Source: Eubacteriales bacterium (GTDB lineage: Bacteria; Bacillota; Clostridia; Lachnospirales; JAVBJQ01). Taken from it: a stretch of 64,000 bases of DNA. Shown piece by piece: positions 37,018 to 46,547 of the stretch. Location: the NCBI GenBank assembly GCA_031546905.1, contig JAVBJQ010000001.1, positions 129,104 to 193,103 on the forward strand, given 5' to 3'. The notes under the pieces were generated by a model. That model made no database searches. It was not told where the DNA came from and worked only from the letters and a program-made list of their open reading frames with translations. Positions within the stretch are counted from its first letter, which is position 1. Every line of letters begins with the position of its first letter. Both the position numbers and the translations under genes were made by a program.

Positions 37018-38367
37018 ATGCAAATAGGTGGAATAAGTCAAAATACGGGGGCCAGCGGGGCAACTCCTCAAAATCAAAAAAGTATATCTCAGCTTTCAGA
37101 AGGGGAAAAGTTCAAGGCTACCATTTTAGATATAAAGCCCAACCAAGTTACCATACGCCTTGGGGATGGAACACAACTTACTGCAAAAGCATTGGTAACA
37201 CCTGATGCAAGAATTTCTCAAGAAATGACTTTTTCTGTAAAAGAAAATATGCAAGGGCAAGTTTTGTTAGAAATGGTAAAAGCCACTTCTGATCAAACTC
37301 GTCTAGGGGTAATCAAGGAATCGCTACAAGCAGCAGGAATGTACCCCAGTGAAGAAAATAAAGAGCTTGTAAAAGCACTGATGGACAACGGGCTTCCCAT
37401 TGACAAAAACACCCTAGAAAAAGCCGCCTTTTTTAAATATGCAAAAGAGAACATGACACTTGATAAGGTGTTGTTTCTGTTGAAAGAAGATTTTAAGACT
37501 ACGGAAAAAAGTATTGATTCACTGAATCATTTTTTAGAAAAAACAGCAGATGTAAAAAATAATATGAATACTATTTTTAATGAAACACTAAAGTTGCCAG
37601 CTGGTGCTGTTAAAAACAAAATGCTGGAGTTACTGACTGGGGATCAAAAAATGGGGGCATTTGTAGAACTGCTCAACACCAAAGAACCAGCAGAGGCATT
37701 AGCACTGTTAAAAGACAAAGATACCCCATTTCATGATTTAAAAAAGAAAATAGGGGAAGAATTTTTAAAAACAGGAGACATGAAAAAAGCCCTAGTAAAC
37801 AGTGTCCTCCTTGAACTGAAAGACAAAGATTCTTTAAAGGAAATCAATCATTTTTTTAAGCAGTTAAATAACAGCATGGCAGAAGCGACAAAAGTAAGCA
37901 GTGATGTTCCTATGTTAAACAAAGCGGTTCATGACATGAAAGACAATATTGCATTTATGAATCAAATTGACAATTACAAACAGTTGATGCAAATTCCGTT
38001 TACCGTTCAAGGACAGCAAAATGAAAGTGATATATATGTGCTGAAAGGAAAAAAGGGAAGCAAAAACTTAAATGAAAATGCAAGTGTTTTGTTGGCACTG
38101 GATTTAGTTAATTTAGGACATATAGAAGCTTTCATTGTGAAAAATAAAAAAGAAATAACCTGTCAGTTTAGAGTAGAGGATGAAAATATTCAAAAATTGA
38201 TAAAAATAAATGCAGAAAAATTAAATCATTTGCTGCAACAAAACGGTTATGTACTCCAATCTGTAAGTTATAAAAACATACATGAACCATTTACGGTGGT
38301 AGATGATTTGAGTGAAAACAAGGAAGATGCAAAAAATAAACGGTATACTTTTGATATGAGGGTGTAG
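37018..38367 (+). CDS. FliK-like (flagellar hook-length control family) protein, YlqG-position
   Basis: C-terminal Flg_hook-like segment (SVLLALDLVNLGHIEAFIVKNKKEITCQFRVEDENIQKLIKINAEKLNHLLQQNGY). Sits between rnhB and an FlhB-C-like gene. Confidence 0.55.
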   Translation: MQIGGISQNTGASGATPQNQKSISQLSEGEKFKATILDIKPNQVTIRLGDGTQLTAKALVTPDARISQEMTFSVKENMQGQVLLEMVKATSDQTRLGVIKESLQAAGMYPSEENKELVKALMDNGLPIDKNTLEKAAFFKYAKENMTLDKVLFLLKEDFKTTEKSIDSLNHFLEKTADVKNNMNTIFNETLKLPAGAVKNKMLELLTGDQKMGAFVELLNTKEPAEALALLKDKDTPFHDLKKKIGEEFLKTGDMKKALVNSVLLELKDKDSLKEINHFFKQLNNSMAEATKVSSDVPMLNKAVHDMKDNIAFMNQIDNYKQLMQIPFTVQGQQNESDIYVLKGKKGSKNLNENASVLLALDLVNLGHIEAFIVKNKKEITCQFRVEDENIQKLIKINAEKLNHLLQQNGYVLQSVSYKNIHEPFTVVDDLSENKEDAKNKRYTFDMRV

Positions 38368-38369
38368 GC

Positions 38370-38666
38370 ATGGAAAAGAATAAAGAAGCACTTAGAAAAC
38401 AAAAAGCAGTTGCCATTTCATACGAGTCGGGAGACATTGCCCCCAAAGTAATTGCCAAAGGTCAAGGATATGTTGCCGAAAAAATTATTGAAAAAGGGAA
38501 AGCGTTAGAGACTACAGTTTATAAAGATTCTGCCCTGGTGGAAGAACTGACAAAAATCGAAATTGGAGACAATATTCCACCAGAATTATATGAAGTAGTT
38601 GCCCAAGTTCTTATTTTTATTAGCGATTTAGACCGTATGGAGGACTTGAAGCGCCGTGGAAAATAA
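38370..38666 (+). CDS. FlhB C-terminal-domain-like protein (EscU/YscU/HrcU family, YlqH-like)
   Basis: 98 aa reading KAVAISYESGDIAPKVIAKGQGYVAEKIIEKGKALETTVYKDSALVEEL...IPPELYEVVAQVLIFI. This resembles the soluble FlhB-C domain but lacks the NPTH autocleavage site. Confidence 0.7.
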   Translation: MEKNKEALRKQKAVAISYESGDIAPKVIAKGQGYVAEKIIEKGKALETTVYKDSALVEELTKIEIGDNIPPELYEVVAQVLIFISDLDRMEDLKRRGK

Positions 38667-39003
38667 AAAGCGAAAAGGGGATATAGGGGAACATATTGCG
38701 ACAGATTATTTAACCCATAAAAAGTATATTATATTAGAAAATAATTACAGAATTCCTTCAGGTGAAATTGATATTATTGCAAAAGACGGGGAATATATTG
38801 TTTTCGTAGAAGTGAAATTAAGATACAATTTAAACAACGGTTATCCAAGAGAAGCTGTTCATCGACCAAAACAAAAATCAATTATACGGGTGGCACAATA
38901 CTACATTCAGGAGAAACAACTTTTTCATCATGACTTTAGATTTGATGTAATTGAAATTTTAGGAGATAAAGTAGAACATATAGAAAATGCCTTTTGGGCA
39001 TAG
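38656..39003 (+). CDS. YraN-family (UPF0102) endonuclease-like protein
   Basis: KGDIGEHIATDYL...GEIDIIAKDGEYIVFVEVK..R...FDVIEI pattern. Confidence 0.8.
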   Translation: MENKKRKGDIGEHIATDYLTHKKYIILENNYRIPSGEIDIIAKDGEYIVFVEVKLRYNLNNGYPREAVHRPKQKSIIRVAQYYIQEKQLFHHDFRFDVIEILGDKVEHIENAFWA

Positions 39004-39016
39004 CGCGAGGTGTTCC

Positions 39017-39823
39017 ATGATTTTAAATAAAAAAGACAACGTTTTATTTTATACATTTGAAACATTTTCAAAAACAGGCATGGTAAAACATTGCTTTTCT
39101 ACTAGAAAAGGCGGTGTGAGCAGTGGCGTTTTTTCTGAAATGAATTTAGGGTTTCATCGAGGGGATTGTTCTGAACATATAATTCAAAATTTTGAAATTT
39201 TAACGTCAGCCATCCAGAGCCAGGCTGAAAATGTGGTTTTTGCCAATCAAATTCACCAAGACAATGTTTATATTGTTTCCCAAAAAGACAAAGAGAAAGT
39301 ATTTCACGAAAGTGAAAGGATAAAAGATACGGATGCCTTTATTACCAATGAGCAAAATGTTTTATTAACGACCTATCATGCAGATTGTGTTCCCATTTAT
39401 TTGGTAGATCCAGTAAAAAAGGCAATTGGACTTGCTCATGCTGGCTGGCGTGGAACCGCCCTTCAAATTGGAAAAAAGACTGCCCTTGCAATGAAAAATG
39501 TATATGGCTGTGCAGTAGAAGATATTTTAGTAGGCATAGGCCCTTCCATTGGTGGATGCTGTTTTGAGGTAGACTTGCCTGTTGTTACAGAATTTAAAAA
39601 CTTAGTTCCTTTTTGTGAAAAATATATTTCAGATTGCCAAAATGGGAAATATAAAATAAACTTGTGGGGAATTAATCAACAGTCGTTAGAAGAAGTCGGC
39701 ATCAAGACCAGCAATATTGAAGTTGCAGAGATTTGCACCATGTGTGATACGGAGTTATTTTTTTCTCACCGTGCGATGGGTGGGGAGCGAGGGTCTCTTG
39801 TGGCAATGCTAGAGTTGATGTAA
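39017..39823 (+). CDS. pgeF: peptidoglycan editing factor PgeF (YfiH/DUF152 family)
   Basis: FSTRKGGVS...NLGFHRGD, QIHQDNV, TADCVPIYLVDP, LAHAGWRGT and CCFEV motifs. Confidence 0.85.
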   Translation: MILNKKDNVLFYTFETFSKTGMVKHCFSTRKGGVSSGVFSEMNLGFHRGDCSEHIIQNFEILTSAIQSQAENVVFANQIHQDNVYIVSQKDKEKVFHESERIKDTDAFITNEQNVLLTTYHADCVPIYLVDPVKKAIGLAHAGWRGTALQIGKKTALAMKNVYGCAVEDILVGIGPSIGGCCFEVDLPVVTEFKNLVPFCEKYISDCQNGKYKINLWGINQQSLEEVGIKTSNIEVAEICTMCDTELFFSHRAMGGERGSLVAMLELM

Positions 39824-39880
39824 AGAGAAGGACAGCGGGGGGCTTTGCCCTCCATTACAACTAGCCAAGGTTTTAGAATT
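39822..39880 (+). repeat. GC-rich hairpin repeat, copy R1
   Basis: AAAGAGAAGGAC, then hairpin GGGGGGC-ttt-GCCCTCC, then TTACAA, then CCAAGGTTTTAGAATT. It shares the 12-mer and overall layout with 54322-54438, and the hairpin plus CAAGGTTTTA(A/G)AATT with 41209-41280 in inverted orientation. Confidence 0.55.
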
Positions 39881-39892
39881 GGAGTGTAGATT

Positions 39893-41200
39893 TTGAAAAA
39901 AAATGTAATTATACAAATAGAAAAAGAAAGCATAGCAGAAGAAATCGGAGTTGAAAAAGGTGATATTCTCCTTGAAATAAATGGACAAGCAGTGAAAGAT
40001 GTATTTGATTACCGATTTTTAATTGCAGATGAATATATTGAAGTTTTAATAGAGAAGCCAGATGGAGAAGAATGGCTTTTGGAGGTAGAAAAAGAAGAAA
40101 ATGAAGACTTGGGAATTGTTTTTGAAACAGGCTTAATGGATCAGGCAAAGTCTTGTAAAAACAAATGTATATTTTGTTTTATTGACCAACTTCCCAAAAA
40201 TATGAGAGAAACCCTTTATTTTAAAGATGATGACAGTAGACTTTCTTTTTTACAAGGAAATTATGTAACATTAACCAACATGAGTGAAGAGGATATTAAA
40301 CGAATCTTATATTATCACTTATCACCTATTAATGTTTCCGTTCATGCCACGGATCCAATTTTAAGAACAGAAATGTTGAAAAACCCCAACGCAAAAAATA
40401 TAATGAAGGTTATTCAACAATTTAATGATGCGGGAATTTCCATGAACTTTCAAATTGTGTTGTGTAAAGGGGTGAACGATGGCGCTCACCTAGACAAATC
40501 TATTGAAGACTTGTCCCAAATTATTCCTAATGGAAAAAGTCTTTCCATTGTTCCGGTAGGCATTTCCAAATACAGAGACGGCTTGCACCAGTTAGCTCCA
40601 TTTAATAAAGAAGATAGTCTAACTGTCATTGCTCAAACGGAATCATGGCAACAAAAACTAAAAAAACAATACGGCACCAACTTCGTTTACATAGCGGACG
40701 AATTTTATATTAATGCAGAAGTACCTGTTCCAGATTATAAAGTGTATGAGGATTTTCCTCAAATTGAAAATGGGGTGGGAATGATTGCCCTGATGAAAAA
40801 GGAATTTCAAGACCATTTTAAAAAGATGAAGTTTAAAAATAGTGAAAGAGAAGTTTCTATCGCCACAGGGAAAGCTTCCTATGAATTTATCTTATCCTTA
40901 ACCAATCAAATTACAACTGTTTATCCCAACACCAAAATAAATGTGTTCCCCATTGAAAATGAGTTTTTTGGAGAGCATATTACGGTGTCAGGCTTAATGA
41001 CGGGGACCGATATTATGAATCAGCTTAAAAATCGTGTCAGTGGGAAGAAATTGCTGATTCCCCAAAATGCCCTTAGAAGTGACACCGAAATTTTACTAGA
41101 TGACACTACTTTAAAAACCATCAGTCAAAATTTAAACATAAATGTAGAGGCTGTAGAATCAACCGCTATTGATTTTATTACAGCTTGCCTATATAATTAG
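39893..41200 (+). CDS. DUF512/PDZ-domain radical-SAM-like protein
   Basis: N-terminal PDZ-like segment (GVEKGDILLEINGQ), Cys motif CKNKCIFCF, and position upstream of der as in many Firmicutes. TTG start 8 nt after GGAG. Confidence 0.7.
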   Translation: MKKNVIIQIEKESIAEEIGVEKGDILLEINGQAVKDVFDYRFLIADEYIEVLIEKPDGEEWLLEVEKEENEDLGIVFETGLMDQAKSCKNKCIFCFIDQLPKNMRETLYFKDDDSRLSFLQGNYVTLTNMSEEDIKRILYYHLSPINVSVHATDPILRTEMLKNPNAKNIMKVIQQFNDAGISMNFQIVLCKGVNDGAHLDKSIEDLSQIIPNGKSLSIVPVGISKYRDGLHQLAPFNKEDSLTVIAQTESWQQKLKKQYGTNFVYIADEFYINAEVPVPDYKVYEDFPQIENGVGMIALMKKEFQDHFKKMKFKNSEREVSIATGKASYEFILSLTNQITTVYPNTKINVFPIENEFFGEHITVSGLMTGTDIMNQLKNRVSGKKLLIPQNALRSDTEILLDDTTLKTISQNLNINVEAVESTAIDFITACLYN

Positions 41201-41208
41201 AAAAAATT

Positions 41209-41280
41209 AATTTTAAAACCTTGAAGAAACTTTTATCTACCGGCAGAGGACGAGCCAAGGGCAAAACCCTTGTGGAGAAG
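41209..41280 (-). repeat. GC-rich hairpin repeat, copy R2 (inverted relative to R1)
   Basis: AATTTTAAAACCTTG (rc = CAAGGTTTTAAAATT), then hairpin CCAAGGGC-aaaa-CCCTTGTGG, then GAGAAGCAC. Confidence 0.5.
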
Positions 41281-41322
41281 CACAGTCTGGGTCTTAAATC
41301 TTAAATTAACATGGAGGAAAAA

Positions 41323-42648
41323 ATGGCAAAACCGATTGTTGCAATAGTAGGAAGGCCCAACGTAGGAAAATCTACGTTGTTTAATAAATTAGCAGGTGAA
41401 AGACTTTCTATTGTAGAGGATACACCTGGCGTAACAAGAGATAGACTTTATGCAGAAGTAGATTGGCTGAAACACAACTTTACCATTATTGATACCGGCG
41501 GACTAGAACCAGAGTCTAACGACGTCATTTTAAAACAAATGTATGAGCAAGCAGAAATCGCCATGGAAACAGCAGATGTTATTATGTTTATCGTGGATAT
41601 AAAAACAGGAATCACAGAATCAGATATGCAAGTTGCGAATATATTAAGAAGAACAAAAAAACCAATTGTCTTAGTGGTGAATAAAGTAGACAATATGAAA
41701 GAAGAGCCATTGGACATCTATGAATTTTATGGTTTGGGACTTGGAGAACCGATTCCGGTTTCCTCAGGGCAAGCATTGGGCATTGGTGATATGTTAGACG
41801 TTTTGGTTTCTTATTTTCCAGAAGAATCAGATGCAGATGAAGAAGAAGAAGTAATAAAAGTAGCGATTATTGGAAAACCAAATGCAGGTAAATCTTCTCT
41901 TGTGAATAAAATATTAGGAGAAGAAAGGGTAATCGTAAGTGATGTTCCGGGAACAACAAGAGATGCAATCGATACGTATTATGAAAAAGATGGACAAAAA
42001 TATGTATTTATCGACACAGCGGGAATCAGAAGAAAAAATAAAATAAAAGGCAATATAGAACGTTTTAGTATTATAAGAGCCGTTGCTGCAGTGGAACGTG
42101 CAGATGTTTGTTTACTGGTAGTAGATGCAACAGAAGGTGTAACAGAACAAGATACAAAAGTAGCAGGTATTGCCCATGAACGTGGTAAAGGCGTTATTAT
42201 TGTTATTAATAAATGGGATAAAATTGAAAAAGACGATAAGACAATGAACAAATTCATTAAAGATATTGAATTTGAATTGGCTTATATGCTTTATGCACCT
42301 AAAATATTTATTTCTGCCTTAACAGGTCAAAGAGTTGTAAAACTTTTTGATATGATAAAAGCCGTTTCTGAAAATCATGCCCTTAGGGTAAGTACTGGAC
42401 TTTTGAATGATGTTTTAATTGAAGCCATGGCAATGAATCAGCCACCAGCGGAAAAAGGCAGACCTCTTAAAATTTATTATATTACACAAGTTTCCGTTAA
42501 ACCACCAACTTTCGTTATATTTGTAAATGATGCAGAGTTGCTTCATTTCTCTTATAAACGATATATTGAAAATCAATTAAGGCAAGCATTTGGATTTAGT
42601 GGAACACCAATTCATTTTATTACTCGTCAAAAGAGTGAAAGGGATTAG
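41323..42648 (+). CDS. der: ribosome biogenesis GTPase Der (EngA)
   Basis: Two tandem GTPase domains (GRPNVGKST...DTGG...NKVD and GKPNAGKSS...DTAG...NKWD) plus a KH-like C-terminus. Confidence 0.93.
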   Translation: MAKPIVAIVGRPNVGKSTLFNKLAGERLSIVEDTPGVTRDRLYAEVDWLKHNFTIIDTGGLEPESNDVILKQMYEQAEIAMETADVIMFIVDIKTGITESDMQVANILRRTKKPIVLVVNKVDNMKEEPLDIYEFYGLGLGEPIPVSSGQALGIGDMLDVLVSYFPEESDADEEEEVIKVAIIGKPNAGKSSLVNKILGEERVIVSDVPGTTRDAIDTYYEKDGQKYVFIDTAGIRRKNKIKGNIERFSIIRAVAAVERADVCLLVVDATEGVTEQDTKVAGIAHERGKGVIIVINKWDKIEKDDKTMNKFIKDIEFELAYMLYAPKIFISALTGQRVVKLFDMIKAVSENHALRVSTGLLNDVLIEAMAMNQPPAEKGRPLKIYYITQVSVKPPTFVIFVNDAELLHFSYKRYIENQLRQAFGFSGTPIHFITRQKSERD

Positions 42649-42649
42649 T

Positions 42650-43285
42650 ATGTTTAGACTAATTTGTATTTTAATAGGCTACGCAATTGGCTGTATCCAA
42701 ACTGCGTATTTTGTTGGAAAAATTTTTGGTAACATAGACATAAGAGAACATGGAAGTGGAAATGCTGGTTTTACAAACATGACAAGGGTTTTGGGGAGAA
42801 AAGCAGGTATCATTACTTTTCTTGGTGATATTTTAAAAACGGTTGTGGCTATTTTGATTTGCACTGGGTTATTTAAAGGAACTGGAACTTTTTTATCCTA
42901 TGACAATGCAACCATTGGGGTGTTGGCTGGGCTTTATGCTGGACTTGGTGTTATCATAGGACACAACTGGCCTTTTTATCTTAAATTTATTGGGGGGAAA
43001 GGAATTGCAGCAACCCTGGCTTTAATTCTTTGCTTAGATGTAAGGGTGGCAGCAATTACATTTGGGGCAGGAATTATTGTAGTTGCCATCACTCGATATA
43101 TTTCGGCAGCTTCTTTAATGATTACGCTGTTATTTCCCATTGTAATGTTTTATTTTGGATATCCCATGGAAGTTGTTTTCATCTGTATGTTGGTTACCAT
43201 TAGTGCATATTATAAACATCGTGGAAATATGGAAAGACTGATAAAAGGCACAGAACGTAAATTTAGTTTTTCAAAAAAAGGGTAG
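42650..43285 (+). CDS. plsY: glycerol-3-phosphate acyltransferase PlsY
   Basis: GYAIGCIQTAYFVGK..DIREHGSGNAGFTN and GHNWPFYLKFIGGKG motifs. The ATG lies 1 nt after the der stop. Confidence 0.9.
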   Translation: MFRLICILIGYAIGCIQTAYFVGKIFGNIDIREHGSGNAGFTNMTRVLGRKAGIITFLGDILKTVVAILICTGLFKGTGTFLSYDNATIGVLAGLYAGLGVIIGHNWPFYLKFIGGKGIAATLALILCLDVRVAAITFGAGIIVVAITRYISAASLMITLLFPIVMFYFGYPMEVVFICMLVTISAYYKHRGNMERLIKGTERKFSFSKKG

Positions 43286-43306
43286 CTTATTTTAGGAGTG
43301 ATATTT

Positions 43307-44344
43307 TTGACAAAAGTTTCTGTTTTGGGAGCTGGAAGTTGGGGAACAGCACTTGCATGTTTACTAAATAATAACGGCAATGATGTTACTTTGTGGTCAT
43401 GGCAGGAGTCTGAAGCAAAAAGACTTCGAGAAGATCACGAGAACAAAGAATATCTTGCGGGAGTTTTACTTGATGAAAAAATAAATATTACAAGTGACAT
43501 AGGGGAAGCGGTAAAAAATAAAGACGTAATTGTTTTTGCAGTTCCGTCAAAAACCGTTCGACAAAATGCCAACATGATTCAACCTTTTGTTCATGAGGGG
43601 CAAATTATTGTAAATGTTTCAAAAGGGTTAGAAGAAGAAACACTGCTAACTTTGTCAGAGGTGCTGGAGGAAGAATTGCCACAGTGTAGTATTTCTGTTT
43701 TGTCAGGACCTAGCCATGCGGAAGAAGTGGGAAAAAATATACCTACTACTTGTGTTGTTTCTTCAAAAAGCAAAGAAGTGGCAGAGACCATACAAAGTTT
43801 ATTTATGAATGAAGTTTTTAGGGTGTACACAAATCCAGATATTGTAGGAATTGAACTGGGAGCCGCTCTTAAAAATGTAATTGCGTTGGCTGCCGGTATT
43901 TCCGATGGAATGGGTTTTGGTGACAATACAAAAGCGGCACTTATGACCAGAGGCATTGTCGAAATTTCTCGATTAGGAGTAGCCATGGGTGCAAACGTAA
44001 GAACATTTAATGGGCTAGCAGGAGTTGGGGATTTAATTGTTACGTGCACCAGTATGCACAGTAGAAATAGGCGTGCTGGAATTTTGTTGGGACAAGGAAA
44101 ATCACTAAAAGAGGTTTTGGAGGAAGTTCACATGGTAGTCGAAGGTGTGAATACTGCAAAAGCTGCTTACAATCTTTCGTTAAAATATAATATTAGTATG
44201 CCATTAACAAAAGAAATTTATAAGGTACTGTTTGAAAATAAAAATCCCAGAGATGCCGTTAGTCATTTAATGACAAGAAATAAAACATCAGAACATGAAG
44301 CGGAAGATATTAATATTGATGGGACATACAATGTAAAATGGTAG
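43307..44344 (+). CDS. gpsA: NAD(P)H-dependent glycerol-3-phosphate dehydrogenase
   Basis: VLGAGSWGTALA Rossmann motif and a GpsA-like body (GALKNVIALAAGISDG). TTG 43307 lies 8 nt after AGGAG. Confidence 0.9.
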   Translation: MTKVSVLGAGSWGTALACLLNNNGNDVTLWSWQESEAKRLREDHENKEYLAGVLLDEKINITSDIGEAVKNKDVIVFAVPSKTVRQNANMIQPFVHEGQIIVNVSKGLEEETLLTLSEVLEEELPQCSISVLSGPSHAEEVGKNIPTTCVVSSKSKEVAETIQSLFMNEVFRVYTNPDIVGIELGAALKNVIALAAGISDGMGFGDNTKAALMTRGIVEISRLGVAMGANVRTFNGLAGVGDLIVTCTSMHSRNRRAGILLGQGKSLKEVLEEVHMVVEGVNTAKAAYNLSLKYNISMPLTKEIYKVLFENKNPRDAVSHLMTRNKTSEHEAEDINIDGTYNVKW

Positions 44345-44349
44345 TAAAA

Positions 44350-44403
44350 AATAAAAACCACTATGAAGAGTAGATTTTCTACCAGCCCATGGTGGTTTTT
44401 ATT
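44350..44403 (+). terminator. intrinsic terminator after gpsA
   Basis: AAAACCACTATG-(23-nt loop)-CATGGTGGTTTT followed by a T-run. Confidence 0.6.
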
Positions 44404-44556
44404 TTTATACATGGGCAAGTGTAGTTTATAGTGCACAAGAAAAAAATTTCATAAAAGAAAAATAAAATAGGATGGTCATAGTTGCTAAAAATATAAGTGT
44501 AGATACAATTTTATTCGACAAAAAATGCTAATTTAATTTTTTTTTATACAAAAAAC

Positions 44557-44585
44557 TTGCAATTATAAATTTAAGTCGATATAAT
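44557..44585 (+). promoter_or_regulatory. sigmaA-type promoter for the orphan kinase gene
   Basis: TTGCAA (44557-44562), 17 nt, TATAAT (44580-44585). Confidence 0.55.
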
Positions 44586-44669
44586 ACTATTAGAAACAAA
44601 AAAAAGATACTATAAGAAATAAAAATAGTTCATCAAAATATAAATAATGTTGTTTCGGAGGTTATAGAT

Positions 44670-45470
44670 ATGGACATGTTAACGATTCCTTATGATTATA
44701 AACATAATATTAAAAATTTATTTGATGATACATACGAGGACTATTTTCATGATTTGAAGTCATACAACAATAATATTTATTGTGCTGTTCAGCTAATGGA
44801 ACGTGTGGAGAATAATCCTGAAGAGTTATATTCTTATTTTGAAATTATAAAAAAATCCACTTATAAAATTAATACATTTATCAAAACGGTTTCTATATAC
44901 AGGGCTTTTCCATCCCAAACAGTACTACCAAATTTTAAAAATCATAATATTATTTCTGTTATCGAAGAAACGGTGCTAAATTCCATGCCTCTTGCCAGAC
45001 GAAAAAATATTAACCTATATTTCGACACAAATTGCGAAGAAAAAATAGCCACCATTGATAAAGAAATGATCGAAAGAATTATTTTAAATCTCATTTCCAA
45101 TGCAGTTAAATTTACAGAAAGTAATGGGGAAATTAGTGTAACACTTGATGTTGAAGAAGACAAAGTGCATATCATGGTTTTGGATGACGGTAATGGAATC
45201 GAGAATGAGAATATCGGAAGAGTATTTGAAAGATATGTTAGCTTTGACAATGACAAATCAAGAGGACGAAGTCAAGGTCTTGGGCTTTTTATTGTGAAAC
45301 AGCTTGTTGAACTACACGGCGGAACTGTTTTTATAGAAAGCAAAACGAAAAATGTAAAAGGAACAAAAGTTACTATTTGCATTCCCATTTTTCTGGATAA
45401 TAATGCCGAACGAATTTTTGAAGAGGAAGGTTTTTACTTTGAAAATGTAGTTCAAATGGGTTTCTTCTAA
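44670..45470 (+). CDS. sensor-less cytoplasmic orphan histidine kinase
   Basis: H-box FHDLKS, N-box NLISNAVKF, G1 DDGNGI, G2 GLGLFIV. No TM or recognisable input domain, and no adjacent response regulator. Confidence 0.75.
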   Translation: MDMLTIPYDYKHNIKNLFDDTYEDYFHDLKSYNNNIYCAVQLMERVENNPEELYSYFEIIKKSTYKINTFIKTVSIYRAFPSQTVLPNFKNHNIISVIEETVLNSMPLARRKNINLYFDTNCEEKIATIDKEMIERIILNLISNAVKFTESNGEISVTLDVEEDKVHIMVLDDGNGIENENIGRVFERYVSFDNDKSRGRSQGLGLFIVKQLVELHGGTVFIESKTKNVKGTKVTICIPIFLDNNAERIFEEEGFYFENVVQMGFF

Positions 45471-45481
45471 ATCAAGGCTGT

Positions 45482-45946
45482 TTAATTCCCATCTTCTAAA
45501 TCCTCAGAATCATCCGCTTCAGGGTCTAGCATATCTGTTTTTATGGAAGTGGAAACTCTGAAATAGCCTAGCAATGGTTTTACAATGTTGAGTACTAATT
45601 CAATTTCAACATCATCCAGGTGGCTAAGTAGACTAATTAATTTTTCTCTTTTTGACTTAGCAGTGGGTGGTGCATTTCCCTTTTCGGCCACTCCTAAACG
45701 AAGCCCTTCATCAGCGTCTAATCCAAGATTTTTATTCAAAAGGTCATCTATTGGAATGGATAAACAATCAGAAATATTTTTCATTGTTAGGAGACTTACT
45801 CCCTTTTCGCCATTTTCAAAATTTCGAATATGACTCGGTGTGATGCCTAAATAATCTGAAAATTCTTTTACTTTATAATCTCTTTTTTCTCGTATATACC
45901 TAACGTTACTTCCAATTTTTTTTAGGTTAAGTTTGTCATTCACCAT
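45482..45946 (-). CDS. XRE-family helix-turn-helix transcriptional regulator with acidic C-terminal tail
   Basis: HTH_3-like N-terminus (IGSNVRYIREKRDYKVKEFSDYLGITPSHIRNFENGEKGVSLLTMKNISDCLSIPIDDLL). Confidence 0.8.
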   Translation of the reverse strand: MVNDKLNLKKIGSNVRYIREKRDYKVKEFSDYLGITPSHIRNFENGEKGVSLLTMKNISDCLSIPIDDLLNKNLGLDADEGLRLGVAEKGNAPPTAKSKREKLISLLSHLDDVEIELVLNIVKPLLGYFRVSTSIKTDMLDPEADDSEDLEDGN

Positions 45947-45991
45947 AAAACCTCACAATCTTAAGTTTTTTATAAGTCATAAATAGTAGAA

Positions 45992-46036
45992 TTGTCCGAC
46001 AACTGTTAGTTTTTTATTTTTTTGGTTGTCGAACAA
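45992..46036. promoter_or_regulatory. inverted-repeat operator candidate upstream of the XRE gene
   Basis: TTGTCCGACAAC (45992-46003) and GTTGTCGAACAA (46025-46036) are reverse complements at 11 of 12 positions and are separated by 21 nt. Confidence 0.45.
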
Positions 46037-46211
46037 GTCTATTTAAAAGCAGGGGAGGAACAGTCTTTCATTGCGGTTTAAATTAATTTGTGTCTTATAT
46101 TGAATTAAATTTGATCTAGGATAGAAAAACAGAAGACGGCAATCTGAAAAAATTTTCTACAAGGATCAATGGAAAACTTACAAAGCTCATCATCTTAAAA
46201 GGGTGTTAATT

Positions 46212-46255
46212 AAAAAAAGTTCTTACAAACAATTAATTTTGTGAGAACTTTTTTG
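46212..46255. terminator. bidirectional terminator in the low-coding region
   Basis: AAAAAAAGTTCTTAC-aaacaattaatttt-GTGAGAACTTTTTT. Confidence 0.6.
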
Positions 46256-46315
46256 TTCCATTAATTTATAAAATGAGAAGGATATAAAGCGCCTTTAATT
46301 TTATATGAGAGCGGT

Positions 46316-46547
46316 TTAACCTTTGGTCAAGAAAATTCTATCGTATTTATTAAACAGCAATAATTCAGTAGGAAGAAGCGCTGTATCAAATAATTCAATC
46401 ATTGTAGAATCAACCTCATCTAAGTTCTTTGTTATGGTTCAGCATATTTCGCAGCAGCAGCTTTCTGAAACATTTTTCGTAGTAACCAAAGCCATAATAA
46501 ACATCTCCGCCGAGTTTATCATTATTATGTAGAACATTTATTCCCAT
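46316..46547 (-). other. promoter-fed small ORF broken by a frame change (43 codons plus a ~34-codon continuation)
   Basis: ATG at 46547 gives MGINVLHNNDKLGGDVYYGFGYYEKCFRKLLLRNMLNHNKELR*. The +1 frame continues ..NLDEVDSTMIELFDTALLPTELLLFNKYDRIFLTKG* and ends at 46316. Upstream lie TTGTAT-17 nt-TATAAT (rc of 46560-46588). There is no clear SD sequence. Confidence 0.3.
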
